DNA from: Antalis vulgaris
Taxonomy: Eukaryota
Assembly (NCBI GenBank): GCA_977070855.1
Contig: OZ370866.1
Location: 39,246,001-39,310,000 of the forward strand
DNA: 64,000 nt
Direction of reading: 5' to 3'
Positions 1-13,555 of this stretch are shown one piece after another (position 1 is the first letter of the stretch; each line of letters starts with the position of its first letter). The notes below the pieces were generated by a model. The model searched no databases, was not told the origin of the DNA, and saw nothing but the letters and a program-made list of their open reading frames with translations. The position numbers and the translations under genes were made by a program.

Positions 1-358
1 AGAACTGACATGTATAATCTTTTGATATTTGGTATGCAGCATTCTAGTATGTACCTAAATCAGGTTTGTCCAAATCGTGCCCATTGATTGATAATGAGGC
101 TCCCTGTGGGGGCATGGATTATTACATAGTGCAATACATGAGAAATTTTTCAATATTTTTTTTCCGTCAGCATTCTAGTGTAGATTTGGTTCAGGTTTAT
201 TTAAAATGAGTCCATCGCTTGATAGTGAAGTTTCCTTTGGAGGCCTGAATTTTTACTTTGGACGATTTAAGAATAGCCTTTAAATTACTTTGTCTTTTGA
301 CAGTATGGTGCATTTGGTATTTGGTGAGCGACCTAAGGCCCCTTGGGGCCTCTTGTCT
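1..358 (+). mobile_element. 3' part of a Helentron-associated (HINE-like) non-autonomous element with ~130-bp internal tandem units
   Basis: Two degenerate units start CAGCATTCTAGT (37, 168). The end has GGTGAGC, then the palindrome AGGCCCC-TT-GGGGCCT, then CTTGT and a T-rich flank. Confidence 0.5.
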
Positions 359-614
359 TATATTTTATTTTATCAACTGAATCATTTTATAGACTTCATA
401 TATATCGATCGTTCGGATAGTTTCTCCGCAACCCAAATAATTCTTTCCACGATATAGCCTTAGTTGCTGATGTGGCATGAATAACCATTAAATAAATAAG
501 CAAATACATAAATCCACCTTGGAAACCAACATAACTGAGTAAACTCCACTCAAATACGAAAAAGTTGTGTTTGTACTCCCCTCCAATCAAGCATAAACCA
601 AAAGATACAGCTGT

Positions 615-832
615 CTCATAGCAAGAGTTCCATCCCTAGCAACCACGCTACACCTTGAATACCAACATAACGACCACCATACCACAATATGGTTAACCGA
701 AACGGGAACACGCCTTTCCATAACATGCACTGCACTTGCGCACGTATCACCATGGCAATAACATGGCCTCGAACATGCGTTACCATGTACAGAACGTGAC
801 CACCACCAGTCACGTGATATGACGTCACTTCC
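615..832. mobile_element. Degenerate fragment of the Maverick-type TIR seen at 34935-43016
   Basis: Collinear with 42755-42961: TAGCAACCACG...CCAATATGG...TATCACCATGG...AACATGGCC...CAGTCACGTGATATGACGTCACTTCC. Confidence 0.6.
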
Positions 833-1151
833 ACCCCCCCCCCACACACACACACAAACAATGCATTAACTGGTTCTATATAACTAGTATCGTTAAATTC
901 TATCTACCTTCTGATTGAATAAAATTTCAAAAAACAGCAACAATTGCCATTTCCCGAAACAAATATTTCATGATAATTTAATATGGTTTATTGAGTAAAC
1001 TCCTGTTAGTTGAATCAAAACTAGGGAAGATGTCTTGCTGTCCATAATTGCTCTCGGTGGCTAATGATATTAAATGGCAATTTCTACCTTCAAAAGTCAA
1101 ATTTGCATTTTATTCTATTTAGTTAGGTAAACAAGGACAACATTGCATTGC

Positions 1152-2160
1152 TACTTGTACCCCGGCCGGGAAGCACAGGTACTGCTGTCAGTCGAGTGGG
1201 TGACTTTGTCGCCTAAAAATCTCCGAAGTCGTGGTGAGCTTGGAGCAGGAATTTACACTATTATTTCTATCCCGTATTTGCTTGAGTATGATTAATGGAT
1301 TTTTTTTTAAATTCGCTATAATTGGATGAGAAAGTGAAAAACACACCTATTTTGTTACCTTTTCGAAGCTAAGAAATCGTAAAAAGGAGCCGCCGCTGAC
1401 GACGCATACAACATTTTGCGCGTCTATTTTTCAGTGTGTCGTTTGAAATCTTGCGGACTTACGTCAACAACGCTCACGCCGACATGTGACACCCAGAGTC
1501 CAAGCAGAGTTGTGGGATATCTTGCAGTTTTCTCAATGAAACCACGCTGATATGGGTATCGTTGGAACCGGCTAATTTAGCCGGTTCCAAAGATGTCCAT
1601 GTCAGCGTGGGTTTTATTGACCGATACTGATCCAATTTTCCTAAATGGTGAGATTTTGTCTATTTTGCTGAAAGTTGTGTTGGTAAAGGGTTAGTGAAAA
1701 GGAGAAAGGGCAGTAAAGTCGACACGTTGGAACTATTCTGCATATATGTACTAATTTCATTATTGATTGCGTGCGGAGCAGGAAAAACCCAATGTGCCGG
1801 AATGCAGGGTGGGGGCATGCGGATTAAATAAAGATAATATCGTGACATATAGGCCAAACTGGCCGGGTGCGTTCTGTATCAAATTGCATAATCTATTACG
1901 AATTTTTTGTGATGCACATGTCACGTTAATAAAGAATAACTTACTTACTTACTTACTGTTGTTCCGATTGATAAGTATATTTTTACCCAAGTCATTGTAT
2001 GACTGTGGCCCAGCTGGAGCCCTGTCCCAGCTCACCTCAAGGTAAGCTGTGGTAGGGAACCGGCTTAGCCACAGTCATACGATGAACATCATTGCCCTAG
2101 AATTTTGAACAGCTGAAACTGGGCGCAAATTGACATCTCTTTTTAAGTGCAATTCTAGTT
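1152..2160 (+). mobile_element. Helentron/HINE-like non-autonomous element (family C), interrupted by a TTAA-MITE fragment at ~1540-1693
   Basis: 5' TACTTG(T/C)..CCC, 3' GGGCGCAAAT, a short hairpin and AATTCTAGTT. Homologous to 14830-15392, 26244-26808, 45432-45990 and 54506-55058. Confidence 0.6.
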
Positions 2161-3096
2161 AATTGTATTTTTTTTGCAAGTTGAATAAATGTCTGGAGAA
2201 AAGTGGCCTTTCAGGTAACATAATTGTCCTGTACTTGTTTTGCAGAGTGCAGCGAAGTCCAAAATCGGTGTGGCAAATATAAAAACACATGCAAACTTTC
2301 CGTATATCAATTGGCAATGGTAATTTCTACCTTCAAAATCAAATTTTAGATTTCGCATTGATTCTATCGTGGATTGTTTGACAGCTCTGTTGAACATGGT
2401 TAAATAGACTGAATGCTAAATGTAGTAAATATCTTAGTACAAGATAGACAAAAGAGGAGAACCCTGTTAATTGTCTATTTTTCTTGTTAATTGAATAATT
2501 GTCTGGGGAAAGATTTTTCAAATAGCATTATTTTACGGTACTTGTTTTTCAGAATGCAGCGATAGACAATCAAGGTGCAGCGAATTTAGACGAGCATGTA
2601 AAGTTTGGCCAAAGTTTAGAAATGTCTGTCGGAAAACATGCGGGCTTTGTACATCCAAAGTGAGTATTGTGACAATATATTAAAATAGCCGCATAATTTA
2701 CATTGTCTTGTTTTCCGCGAGGAGGGAGTCACACTTCCCCCAAACAATTGACTAAAAAACTCTTTTCCTCGGAATTTGAGTGGAGGCGGCACACATTATA
2801 ATAGCCGCTGTCCCATAATTTACATTGACTTGTTTTCCATGTGGTGGGAGTCATACTCCACCAAACACTTGACTACATACCTCTCTTACTTGGAATTGGA
2901 GTACATGGATACACCTACTATAATAATAACTTATTTTATTCTATTTGTGGCCACGTTTCGATATAGCTACCACAACCTTTATAACGCAATGATACAACGT
3001 GGACGTGAAGTGTATCACTTTGTGTAACGTGGAACAATAAAAACGGTAAAAAACAATAAAACTATAGAAAAAATAACAAGTAAACTAATGACAGTA

Positions 3097-3443
3097 AGCG
3101 TCGAGTTTGGATAGCCTGTGGATGGGTGACCATTCTGTGACTTGTCTCGGACTCCCACGCTGGTGCTTTGGATGAGCGATGACGCTGTGTGCTGAGTCGT
3201 TCTGTGCGCCAAGGTACACAACCCATATAACCATGTCTGTGCTATGCAGTGGGTGGTACTGCTGTGTAATGTGTATATTTGTAGTATAGTCTGGAGTTAT
3301 GGTATCGGAGAGTAGGTAAGAACTCGCCACTGCTCAGTGGTTCTCTCCAGGTACTCCAACATTCTCCACATGTAAACCGGTCACTGACACGCTATGACCC
3401 TGGCTGTAAAAGAGTTGTTAAACACCAATAAATAAATAAATAA
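3097..3443 (+). mobile_element. SINE copy with truncated 5S-rRNA-derived head
   Basis: GGATGGGTGACCATTCTG matches the 5S-headed copy at 56605. Same body and TTAAACACCAATAAATAAAT tail. Confidence 0.7.
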
Positions 3444-5576
3444 AAGTAAGGATTAAACAAGGGTAACTAACCACATAATGTGCATTGAGTAATGCTTAGA
3501 TAATATCTAAAATGACTTAAACATGATCATTAATTTCGAAGCACCAGTGGATTAAACATAATCTTCAAGCTTTAAACCTCCATGAATTAGGTATTTAATA
3601 TTCGAATAGTGTTTTGGTAAGTTCTGAAAATGTTAAAATTAATGGCATACAATATACCCAGTCCGTATCAATGTTTGGTAAAGATACGCGTAACTGTATC
3701 GAAACGTCGCAATATATAGAATAACTGAAATTGTTATCCCTAGAACATATTTTTTATTATATGCTATCCTGTTAATTATTAAAAAAAAAACGGGAACAAT
3801 TATCAACATTTATCGACTCAACAAATATCAAAAATTGTCTCATAAACATAATTGATGTCACGATCAAATGCTTTAATTTTTGTTGTTGTTTGGGGTGAAT
3901 TATGAGTCTAAACGGAGGAAGGTTGAGACAACGAAGCATGAAATAAAAATAATATCCACTGTTTTTGAATGAATATCTGGAATTATATCTTTTGTGTGGA
4001 CCTGCAGTATTATTTATAGACGCGGTTCGTAAAAATTATACTAACAGGACGACACTCCGAAACTCGTTAAAATAGAGTGGATGTCCTCCATGTTTTTATT
4101 ACTGTATGATATGGATAATGACGCCTAACTAACAAACAGCCACACTACTGGCCAATCAATACATAGTCTGTGCCTGGGTATACGCAATATACTGAGAAAT
4201 ATCAGAAGTTAGTGCTTATAGTGGTCTGTTGAGGCATATATTTCCCCATATATTGTTCTCATCCCTTTCACACAATCATCTATTTATACCTCACTTACCA
4301 GATTGTGCATTAATTTCCCTCCACTACATGTATTTGACTGACGTCAACTCACATCTTAACTATCATCGGGATGTTCGGAGTAATTAATATTCAGATAAAC
4401 TTACAGTGTAGTTTAAACAGTATATATTTGTTATATGTATACAGTAAATGCATTATACAGTTTGACTTCATACTAACAAGACGTGTTTTCTACCGCTCCA
4501 CCAATTACAACATGTGTGGCTAATTAAAATGGTTGATGGAACTTAGAGGCTTGAGTGATGTGGGTTGTAGTAGATTTTTTTCATATAACTATAACCGTTC
4601 CAAATTCTAACTTTTAAAACTGGATACTGTGTGAAATCTATATTTCCTTTTCTTTTTGCCAATATGGATAGTAGTGCCGATGATAGTGATTTTGAGGAAA
4701 CATTTGAAGTTATCCCAGACACTGCAGTTTCACCTGTCTTACAGAATACAATCTGTAACAAAAACAATTTGTCAAACGCTCAAATCGAACAAAAGAAGTA
4801 CCAACTCAACACCAAAAAATTCAACAAAAAACAAAACACACTCTCGGATGATGTTTATGATGCTGAAATCAAGGATGGAGGAAAGTGTTTTACAGTAACC
4901 GTCTGTGCGGAACGTTTTCTTAAGTACCACAATGGATTTTGTACTCGATATTGGGATGAAAAGACACAAAAGGATATAAATAATTCTACCTGGATTTTGA
5001 GTCGGGACACCAGTGATTCCCCAGTGGAAGACAAACTTATAATTAGTAGGCGTAAAGGTGGTAAGGGAGGAAAAATGACTGTCCACATTTATAGGAGTAA
5101 GTCAAAATTCATGATACAAGGTTCAAAACGAAATGTTAATTGGTGGCTTGATAACGAACTTCCCATTGTTCATAATCTAGGGTTTCAATTAAATCCGATC
5201 ACTAGTGAACTTAACACACCTTCAAACTCAAATGTACAAGCAACACCAATAGGACGAACTGTAATCGCGAAATCAAAGACTATCGCAGTCAAAACACCAC
5301 GGCGTACACGTACAATAATTACGAACTTTCATAAGTCTCTACCGATAATAGCCAAGACTCCCCAAGGAAACTACACAGACAAAGAATCCGTATTTCGCCT
5401 GAAAATGTCTTTCGCCGAACTACAAAATATAGTGGAAGATATCAAAATAGGACGCGATCAACAACAACAGCAATTTGAAACACGTTTAGATACACTAGAG
5501 AAGAGAGTGTACGAACTGAATGAAGAAAATAAGAAACTTAGAAAAGCTTTGGAAAAGCGCCCGACCCGAAATGTTT

Positions 5577-6933
5577 TTTTTTTGTTTTTTTTTTTAAATT
5601 TTTTTATTCAGATAAAGAGTTCAAAACAATTACAGATATGAATATAGGAATGAAGCACACAAGATATCGTAAAATGACATGCTATTATATGACAGTACAT
5701 TTAGTGTACAATAAAGGGGTAGTTGTCAATTGCCTATGGTTTATATAACGAGAAATTGTACAGACGTTCATAGTGTTATCAGAAGCAAAAGGATGGGTTC
5801 AGCGAAACAGGGGTTTCAGTGACTCCCATCGGAGTTGGGTTGATTTTGATTTTTTCTCCGAGTACATGTAGAGAGAGTATATTTCCATTTCGCGGTATCG
5901 ACGTAAACTGTCGATGAGACCATTGTAGGTAGGTTGATAATTTCTCACTTTGCAGGAATAAATAAATTTTTTGTATATCAGTGTTAGGAGAGCTAAACGA
6001 GAATCATGTGGTAAATTTTTGTTGCAACCAATCAAGACATAGTCTGGGGCAATTGGTAATATGATACCACAACTTTCTTGAAGATGTTCAGACAGTTGGA
6101 TCAGGATGTTTTTTGAAGTGGGACAGTCAAAAAATAAATGCTTTATCGTTTCTTTGGTATTGAAGCAGAAAGTGCACAATTCGGTCTCAGATAATTTACA
6201 TTTGAATAGGCGGGCGTTTGTGAATAAAGTTCTGTGTAAAATTTTATATTGTAATGTTTGTAGATATGTGTCATCTGTTATTTGAAATGCTGCATTATAT
6301 ATCATTGCCCAGTCTTGATGTTGGAGATTGATATGTAATGCTTCATTCCATTTTTCCAGGGATCGAGTGGGTTTATATATCATAGTTTGTAAATATAGCT
6401 GATAGAAAGTCTGGTTAACTGTAGTCGTTTCGTTTAGTTTCTCTATTAATGGACTTGTGATTTTACCCGCTTTTTGAATAGTTTCTGTGGTTATTGCCCA
6501 CGACTTTTGTATAGCCTTTTTTACACCATGGAATGTGGTGAACGGTGTCTTGATGTCGAATTTCGAGGAAAACTGTTCGAATGTTAAGAAGCCTCCACTT
6601 TCACTCAGGATGTCGTTAACAAAGAAAATACCCTTGTCACACCACGTTTGGTTGAAAAATAACTTATTGTCGATTTTTATATTTTTATTAAAGAAAATGG
6701 GCTCTGAACAAATTCCTGTGGAGTTCCTTTCCGATTTATTATCTAATGTCGACCACGAACGTAGAACGCTTTTCCAAAAGTTATTCGCATGCTCTCCAAT
6801 TTTCATTAAACCTTCTTTATGCAGAAACCAAATTTTGTCATTACCATATTTTTCGAATTCGTCTAATACGAGGGTTTTCCATGGCGCCATTACATTGGGG
6901 TCGAGTAGTTTTTTAATCCAAAATATCTTTAAA
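5577..6933 (-). mobile_element. 5'-truncated L1/Tx1-clade LINE fragment inserted antisense into ORF1
   Basis: Poly(A) tail (poly-T on + at 5574-5596). 9-bp TSD GAAATGTTT at 5568-5576 and 6934-6942. Encodes an ORF2 C-terminus. Confidence 0.85.
5799..6933 (-). CDS. C-terminal part of L1/Tx1 ORF2 (zf-RVT region), no genuine start codon
   Basis: EPIFFNKNIKI..WCDKGI..VNDI, LQYKILHR, and a CCHC knuckle CTFC..ETIKHLFFDC. The frame is uninterrupted. Confidence 0.8.
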
Positions 6934-8272
6934 GAAATGTTTCTACACAGAAAAACAAGGGTCAAGCAGAATCTCCAAACAAGTCTCTTTCTTTTGCTTC
7001 CACTACAAAATCAATAAACAGCTCACCGGGAAGTAACACTCCCGATAAATCAACAGAGGACATCTCTGTCCAAATTCAGGACTCAATTCACACACAAATG
7101 CCGGTGTCTATTTTTGCTACACCCAATAGGTATGAAATACTAGGAACTAAAGTTGACGACCTGGACACCCCTCAAAACAATTCCCCACAGTCACACCAAA
7201 CAAACATATACACACCAGATGTAGTATATTCTCAAAACAGGGGACATTCTTCAAAAGCCTGTTCACTTGGTTATAGGCGACTCGGTGCTTTGCTATCTCA
7301 ACCCCAAGCGACTAGTACTAGGGAACGAGTTTGTGAAGAACATTTCTATTAGAGGTCTCAACCTCACAGGTCTTCGTCGTTGCTTTAATGATGAAAAAAA
7401 ATAAAGTACATGGAAGTGTTCATAAAGTGACTATCCATATTGGAATAAACTCGTGTAAGAGTGGCTATCATTCAAATCCACGCGAAGTTCAAAGTTTATT
7501 TGAACAAATTAACACACTACCCGGATGCGAATATTCGGATGTCTTTTGTGCTGCCCACACCCAGTAGGGCTGGGGCAAACAGGGTTATTAGGAACACGAA
7601 CGATCTCTACGAAGGAATGTGTAGGCGTTTCAACTTCGAGTCTATAGACAACTTGGCGTCCTTCGGGGGATTTGAATGCTCGTCAAGATTATTTCATGAC
7701 TATTGGCACCCGAACACTCAAGGGATTGAAGTGCTTGGATCAAACATTCGACATGGTTCAAGAAATGTGCGCAATCAGTATAAACAATACTTGAATCCAA
7801 ATGCAGAAGCTTTTACTCCGACGGGACGGACGTCTAGTAGAAATTTCACAAACGAAAATTGGTTATGGGACAATAACAAAAACCACCTGGCTATTGGAAG
7901 GATTAACAACGATTACTCTAAAGACGATACTTCTCGGGAATTAGAAATACTTAAACAAGAGCTTTTAAATGTGAAGCGCCTTGTCAGTTATCGAGGTAAC
8001 AGTATCCCTCACCCATCTGTAATCAATCAAACTCAATTTTCATAGTATAGTCTGTTGGCGGAATTAATTTTTATTTAAAAGTAAACTTGTGTTAACTCTT
8101 AGAAGCCGAATGTCGAGTTTTCTCACACGTGATGTAATACCACAGTTGATCTGGTTGTGACAGAGAAGTACCTCCCGGACGCGACACGGGAAGAATTAAA
8201 GAGTGAACAGATGATAGTACTCATAAACAGGCGACACTTGAATACAAACACTACTATACTGTACGTCTTTAA

Positions 8273-8512
8273 CCCAATTCCCAACATAATGGCCAAAAGC
8301 GGCCATTGCTATCCACGAGACTCGCTATCATTTTTGTAGATTTTCAAGTTTTGCTTCCAAAACATAGGTTATGACCCCTCATTCGAACGAGCGTCTTACG
8401 CTCGTTCGAACGAGGGGTCATAACCTATGTTTTTGAAGCAAAAAATGAAAATTGTTAGTTTCATGACAACATTTTCCAAGAGTGTCGTCTACTCTAAGCG
8501 TTAAGAATAGGA
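8273..8512. mobile_element. piggyBac-like TTAA MITE (family A) between LINE ORF1 and ORF2
   Basis: TTAA|CCCAATTCCCAA...AAGAATAGGA|TTAA with the central hairpin CATAGGTTATGACCCCTC..GAGGGGTCATAACCTATG. Confidence 0.7.
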
Positions 8513-8942
8513 TTAAATGATGTAGTGTTCAGTAGTTTATATTTGATTCCCCATTTTTGTAAAAATCAAAATTAAAATAAATTCAAATTTTTAATAGTCA
8601 TGTAAGGATATGAGGCTTTTGTTCAATCGTCATATTAACATTTAATGGCTTTTTAGTTGCCACGGTCATATCGGTGGCAGGCGTAAGGGAGTTAAAGGAT
8701 CAGTGGCGATTCAGTGCAATGTTTCGAATTAGATTAACGTGTTATACTAATGCAGACTGATTGTAAAAGATAAATGACCGGTTATCTGCTTGCGAGTGAT
8801 CGACTGGTTGGGAGATAAATGGTCATTTATTTCTCAACGAAAAATCAGGTAGTAAGAACTGAAGATGATGAAAGCTATAAACCCATTTCGCGCTACCCTA
8901 CAACTCCATCAACATGTTGATAAGTAATTTTTCAAACATTCA

Positions 8943-11900
8943 ATGTCGATAATACTCCCGAAAACCTTTAAATATACATCTTGGAATGTTCAAGGTGTTT
9001 GTAACAAATTAAGAGATCCAGATTTCCTGGACAGATTAGACAGCTATGCATTTATAACGCTTTTCGAAACATGGCATAATGAGAAACTAGAAGTAGAAAT
9101 ACATGGTTATGAATGTCGAGTGGTCACTAGGAATTATCAAACTAGTAATCAACGGAAAGGCGGAATTGCCTTCTACTTCCGTTCGAAGTATAAATCGTTT
9201 CTTGTTAATGTTTTTAGTATAGGGGGTGTTGCTATTTGTGTAGAGTTTCAGGGGAAAATGTTTAACTTACAAGAAAATGTAATGTTTATTTAAATATATA
9301 TTCCCCCGATCAATTCCAGCTCGAGGCGAAAAAAGGAAAGTGAATACGACACCTTTGAGCAATTAACAAACACACTATTAGCTAACCAAGACAAAATGCT
9401 TATTATTGGTGGTGATTTGAACGCTCGAACTGGGGAACTGCCTGATCATGTTACAGACGACAGCGAACTTAATATCCCACTCCCTTCCGACTACGTCATG
9501 GATAAGAATTTACCACGCAACAACCTGGATAGTACTATCAACTCATTTGGTAGAAAACTTCTGGCGCTCTGTCAAGCTGCCAGGTTACGTATACTAATGG
9601 ACGATGCCCGGGGGTCGGACTTGGACATTTTACGAGTTATCAGTATAATGGTGCCAGTGTTGTAGATTACATCATGTTGTCAGACAGACATTTAAAGGAG
9701 GTAAACTACTTTTGTGTTAAGCTAGCGACAGAACACTCTGATCCCTGTCAGCTTGTTTTACATATAAAGGGTGGCCTGACGTCCAAACGTTATTCAAAAA
9801 ATAAACCAAATAAGTACGAGTTCTCTCAAAACAAAATGAAACTTAAATGGCATCCCACTAGCCACGTGAAGGCAGTTAAAAGTCTGAATACTTCCGAAAT
9901 TAAACAATACCTTACTAGTTTCAAAATGCGGACTTGCCCAGAAACGGATACTGAGAAAGCAGTTTCGGAGTTAGCATGCATCCTCCAAAAAGTCAATTCA
10001 CACGCGTGTTCGAGGGTTATATTTAAAAAAAGAAAAACCTCCAAGAACACGTAAATGTTTTGATCAGCACTATAAAGAATTGAAACAAAACCTTCATACT
10101 ATAATTAAACGTATGAGAGAAACTCCATTTGATCCCACCCAGAAAGTGAATTTTTTCACAGCAAAAAAAAAAGCATATAAAAAAGAAATTAGGTTGAAAC
10201 GACGGCGATATTATTCTGAAATGTACCGTTGTCTAGATTCACTAGAAACGGAAGACCCCAAACAATACTGGAATATAATTAAGCATGCGCGGCAAAATTA
10301 CCCCGACTAATGACCTCGACCCGGACGAAGCAGTCGATTTCTTTCGAGACCTCTTCTGTCGAAGTCCCGAATCCATTTCCCCAGGTGAACAGACTTCGGG
10401 GGATATATCCATCCCACTAAACAATGCGCCTATCACATCTGAAGAAATTTTTGCTTCTACGCGAGAACTTAAGTGTGGCAAAGCCGTAGGATCAGATCAA
10501 ATATCTAATGAGTTTCTAAAATTAACTATGCCACTAATCATTGACGAAGTTACTCTGCTTTTTAACAAAATGTTTGCGTCAAAACATTATCCAATATAAT
10601 GGAGCAAATCAACTCTCACACTGATACACAAAAAGGCACAAAAGACGACCGTGATAACTACCTCCCAATCGCCATCAGCTCCTCATTTAGCAAATTATTC
10701 AACAAAATAATTAACAATCGCGTAACGAAGTTCCTCGAAGAGAATGAACTCATCAGTGATAATCAGTTCGGCTTTCGCAGTGAGAGGTCCACAATTGACA
10801 GTGCCTTTGTCCTACACACAGTAGTTCGCAAATATCGGGCATTAAAAAAGCCACTACATGTAGCATATGTCAATTTTAAGAAAGCTTTTGACTCAGTAAA
10901 CAGGCCTCTCCTCTTTCAAAAGATGGAATCGTTGGGTATGAATGGTAATGTTTTAGAAGTCATTAAATCAATGTACAGGTCGAGTACGTATTCTGTAAAT
11001 ACATCAAGAGGCGCAGGGCCTCCATGCCTTTCTACAATAGGCGTTAGGCAGGGTTGCATCTTATCGCCCAATCTGTTCAAAATATGTATTGATGATGTGG
11101 GTCTCATTTTTAACAATCAATGTGATCCAGTTCAGATCGGTAGTGTAAAAAATTAACCATCTGCTCTTTGCAGATGACGTAGTTTTGTTGGCTGACAGTG
11201 CTACCGGGCTACAAAATTGTTTAAACAATTTACACGATTACACCCACATAAATCGGTTGACTATAAATGCTGAAAAAAACTAAATGCAGGTCTTTTAAAT
11301 ATCGACGAATTGGACAAAATACATGTCTCAAATTTACTATTGGAGGTCGACCACTCGAAAATGTGAATGGTTACACAATTTGGGAATACGGTTTGCTAAT
11401 TCGGGCGAATTTCGCCAAGCTATTCAAGATATCAGCGCAAAAGCTAGGGAAGCTTTGTACTCCTTATTCAGGGCATATAGAACGACAGCACAACCATCCT
11501 TCTCTACCACTATGAAGTTATTTGGAAAACTAATAAAACCAATGTTGCTATATGGTAGCGAATCGTGGGCACTGGAAGTCAACAGCAAAAATAAAGAACA
11601 ACTTGAGTGTGAAAAAGTCCACATTACTTTTTGTAAACAACTTTTAGGGGTAGGTAAATTCTCTTCCAACAATGCTGTGAGAGCTGAATTGGGAAGCTTT
11701 CCCGTATACATTGATGCAATTTGTAGAATGGCATCCTATACTGCAAAACTTTCCAATTCAAACTGCCAGCTCTTACGAGAAGCATATCATGAACAGACAA
11801 TTCCATCAGCCCTAAAATCGCCTTTCTCCGTGCTCGAAGAATTTGGATGGAAAAAAGTAGGTAATAGTAATCTCTTCCTAAGCTACATAACACAATTTAA

Positions 11901-12387
11901 AGAAAAATTACAAACGAGCCATCTTAACCAGTTTATACACAGCATGCAGGATAATGCATCACGCACTGGTAACAATAAATTATGCACGTACCGCTTGGTG
12001 AAACATAATTACTATCTCGAGACATACTTAAAAAATGAAGCCCCTAGTCGAAACAGAACTTTGTTTACACGTCTTCGTATTAGTAACCACCCTTTAGAAA
12101 TTGAAAAAGGGAGGCATTGCCAACCTCCCGTCGACTCAGAAAATAGAATTTGTAAAATGTGCCCAATGAACGCGGTTGAAGACGAAAAACATTTTCTCAT
12201 TGTTTGTCCTGCATATAATGAACTAAGGTATGAACTTTTTAAACTCTTTCGGAGCTGTTACATTAACTTCGAGTCAAAAGATGAGATAGAAAAGCTGACT
12301 ACTATATTATCAAATGATTGCCCGTTAATTAGTACGAATGTCTGTAACTTGGTCGCGCAGTTCTTCCAGTTGAGGTCTATTGGTTGA
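8943..12387 (+). pseudogene. LINE ORF2: AP endonuclease + reverse transcriptase + C-terminal CCHC, with several frameshifts and stops
   Basis: SWNVQG, ETW, GGIA, YIPP, GDLNAR; QFGFR, KKAFDSV, GVRQGCILSP, LFADD (~11165); LRISNHPLEIEKGR..RICKMC..EDEKHFLIVC. In-frame TAA at 9291. Confidence 0.9.
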
Positions 12388-12959
12388 TGAATTATTACTA
12401 TTATTTTGTAATTAAGATTTACTATTTACTGTATTATGTACAAACTGCCCTGACGGGTGTTTTTGACAATTAAAATGATCTTATCTTATCTTACAATCAT
12501 TGTCAGCGTAAACGTGAACATTCGACACAAATTAACGGAACATTCTAAGCGATGATGGCATTCGACGTAAAGCTTTAAGCTTAAAGGATGGGGTGGGTTT
12601 AAAAAGAAGAATGCAAACATCCCACCCTACCTCCCGCGGATGATAAAAAACAATGACAAGAGGTTTCGAAATGAATCTGAACTATGAAATAGAATAAGTG
12701 TGTGCATGGTACGTACCAACAAGATTGTGGTGTACCGGAGATTGGGTATAGCTCCTTAATAGCTCCTTATCGAAGAAGTCCAAAACACCACACATACACA
12801 CACTTGTCAAAGATCTTTAGTCAGTTCGCTGGATAATCTCGTAAACCCAACATCTCGTCAAGTTGGACGGATGGCATCAATTCTACTCGCAAATTTCACT
12901 ATTCTCTGTCAACATTCCGGTGTTGTGAAAAGGACTCAAACTCGTGCCGCACTGGGACG

Positions 12960-13555
12960 GACAGTTAAACATAGAAGTCTTGTTACCATGTCTTCGTTAA
13001 TTAACGCGCTAATTACTGCAGGACAGTATCAAAATCTATTGAAATAAACACGGATTCTTCATGAAAACGACACAAAATATAGAGCTGCTGCAAACTTTCA
13101 TCCCATGGATCACCGAGTTATCCCGGTGATCCATGGGGTGAAAGTGTTCAGGAATGTCATGTCGTATCGGCAAAAATTAAAGAGCTCATATCCAGGGCGC
13201 CATGTGGTCAAAATAGTGCAAAAAACACGGACAGTACTTCTGGTTTCCATTTTAGGTGGAAAATACTGATTCTAATTTAAATTCCGCAACCACGTTCGTC
13301 AGTCTAGCTTCGTGGGTGAAACATCCCCCAACCTTATAACCCGGTTATCCATGGGGTGAAAGTGTGCAGGAATGTCATGTCGTATCGGCAAAAATTAAAG
13401 AGCTCATATCCAGGGCGCCATGTGGTCAAAATAGTACAAAAAACACGGGCAGTACTTCTGGTTTCCATTTTAGGTGGAAAATACTGATTCTAATTTAAAT
13501 TCTGCAACCACGTTCGTCAGTCTAGCTTCGTGGGGGAAACATTCCCCAACCTTAA
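12960..13555. repeat. Interspersed repeat with ~238-bp tandem duplication and internal hairpin; inverted partial copy at ~62900-63092
   Basis: 13120-13335 repeats at 13340-13555. Hairpin CCCATGGATCACCG..CGGTGATCCATGGG. The reverse complement matches 62900-63092. Confidence 0.7.

Larger units (their letters stand above)
4664..8045 (+). pseudogene. LINE ORF1 (coiled coil + SGNH/GDSL esterase), split by an insertion at 5577-6933 and frameshifted
   Basis: Coiled coil FETRLDTLEKRVYELNEENKKLR. Removing the insertion puts 4664-5576 in frame with TPNRYEIL (7098 ORF). LVIGDS (~7270), IHIGIN (~7435) and DYWHPN (~7700) correspond to SGNH blocks I, III and V. Confidence 0.8.
4664..12493 (+). mobile_element. 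Near full-length decayed non-LTR retrotransposon, CR1/L2 group (esterase ORF1 + APE-RT ORF2); 5' end not defined
   Basis: ORF1 has a coiled coil and SGNH motifs; ORF2 has APE, RT and a CCHC motif. 3' tail is AATTAAA followed by (ATCTT)3 at ~12468-12492. Confidence 0.85.

Noticed and set aside
6487..7017. 176-aa plus-strand ORF
   Set aside because: It is the antisense shadow of the Tx1/L1 ORF2 fragment and crosses the insertion junction.
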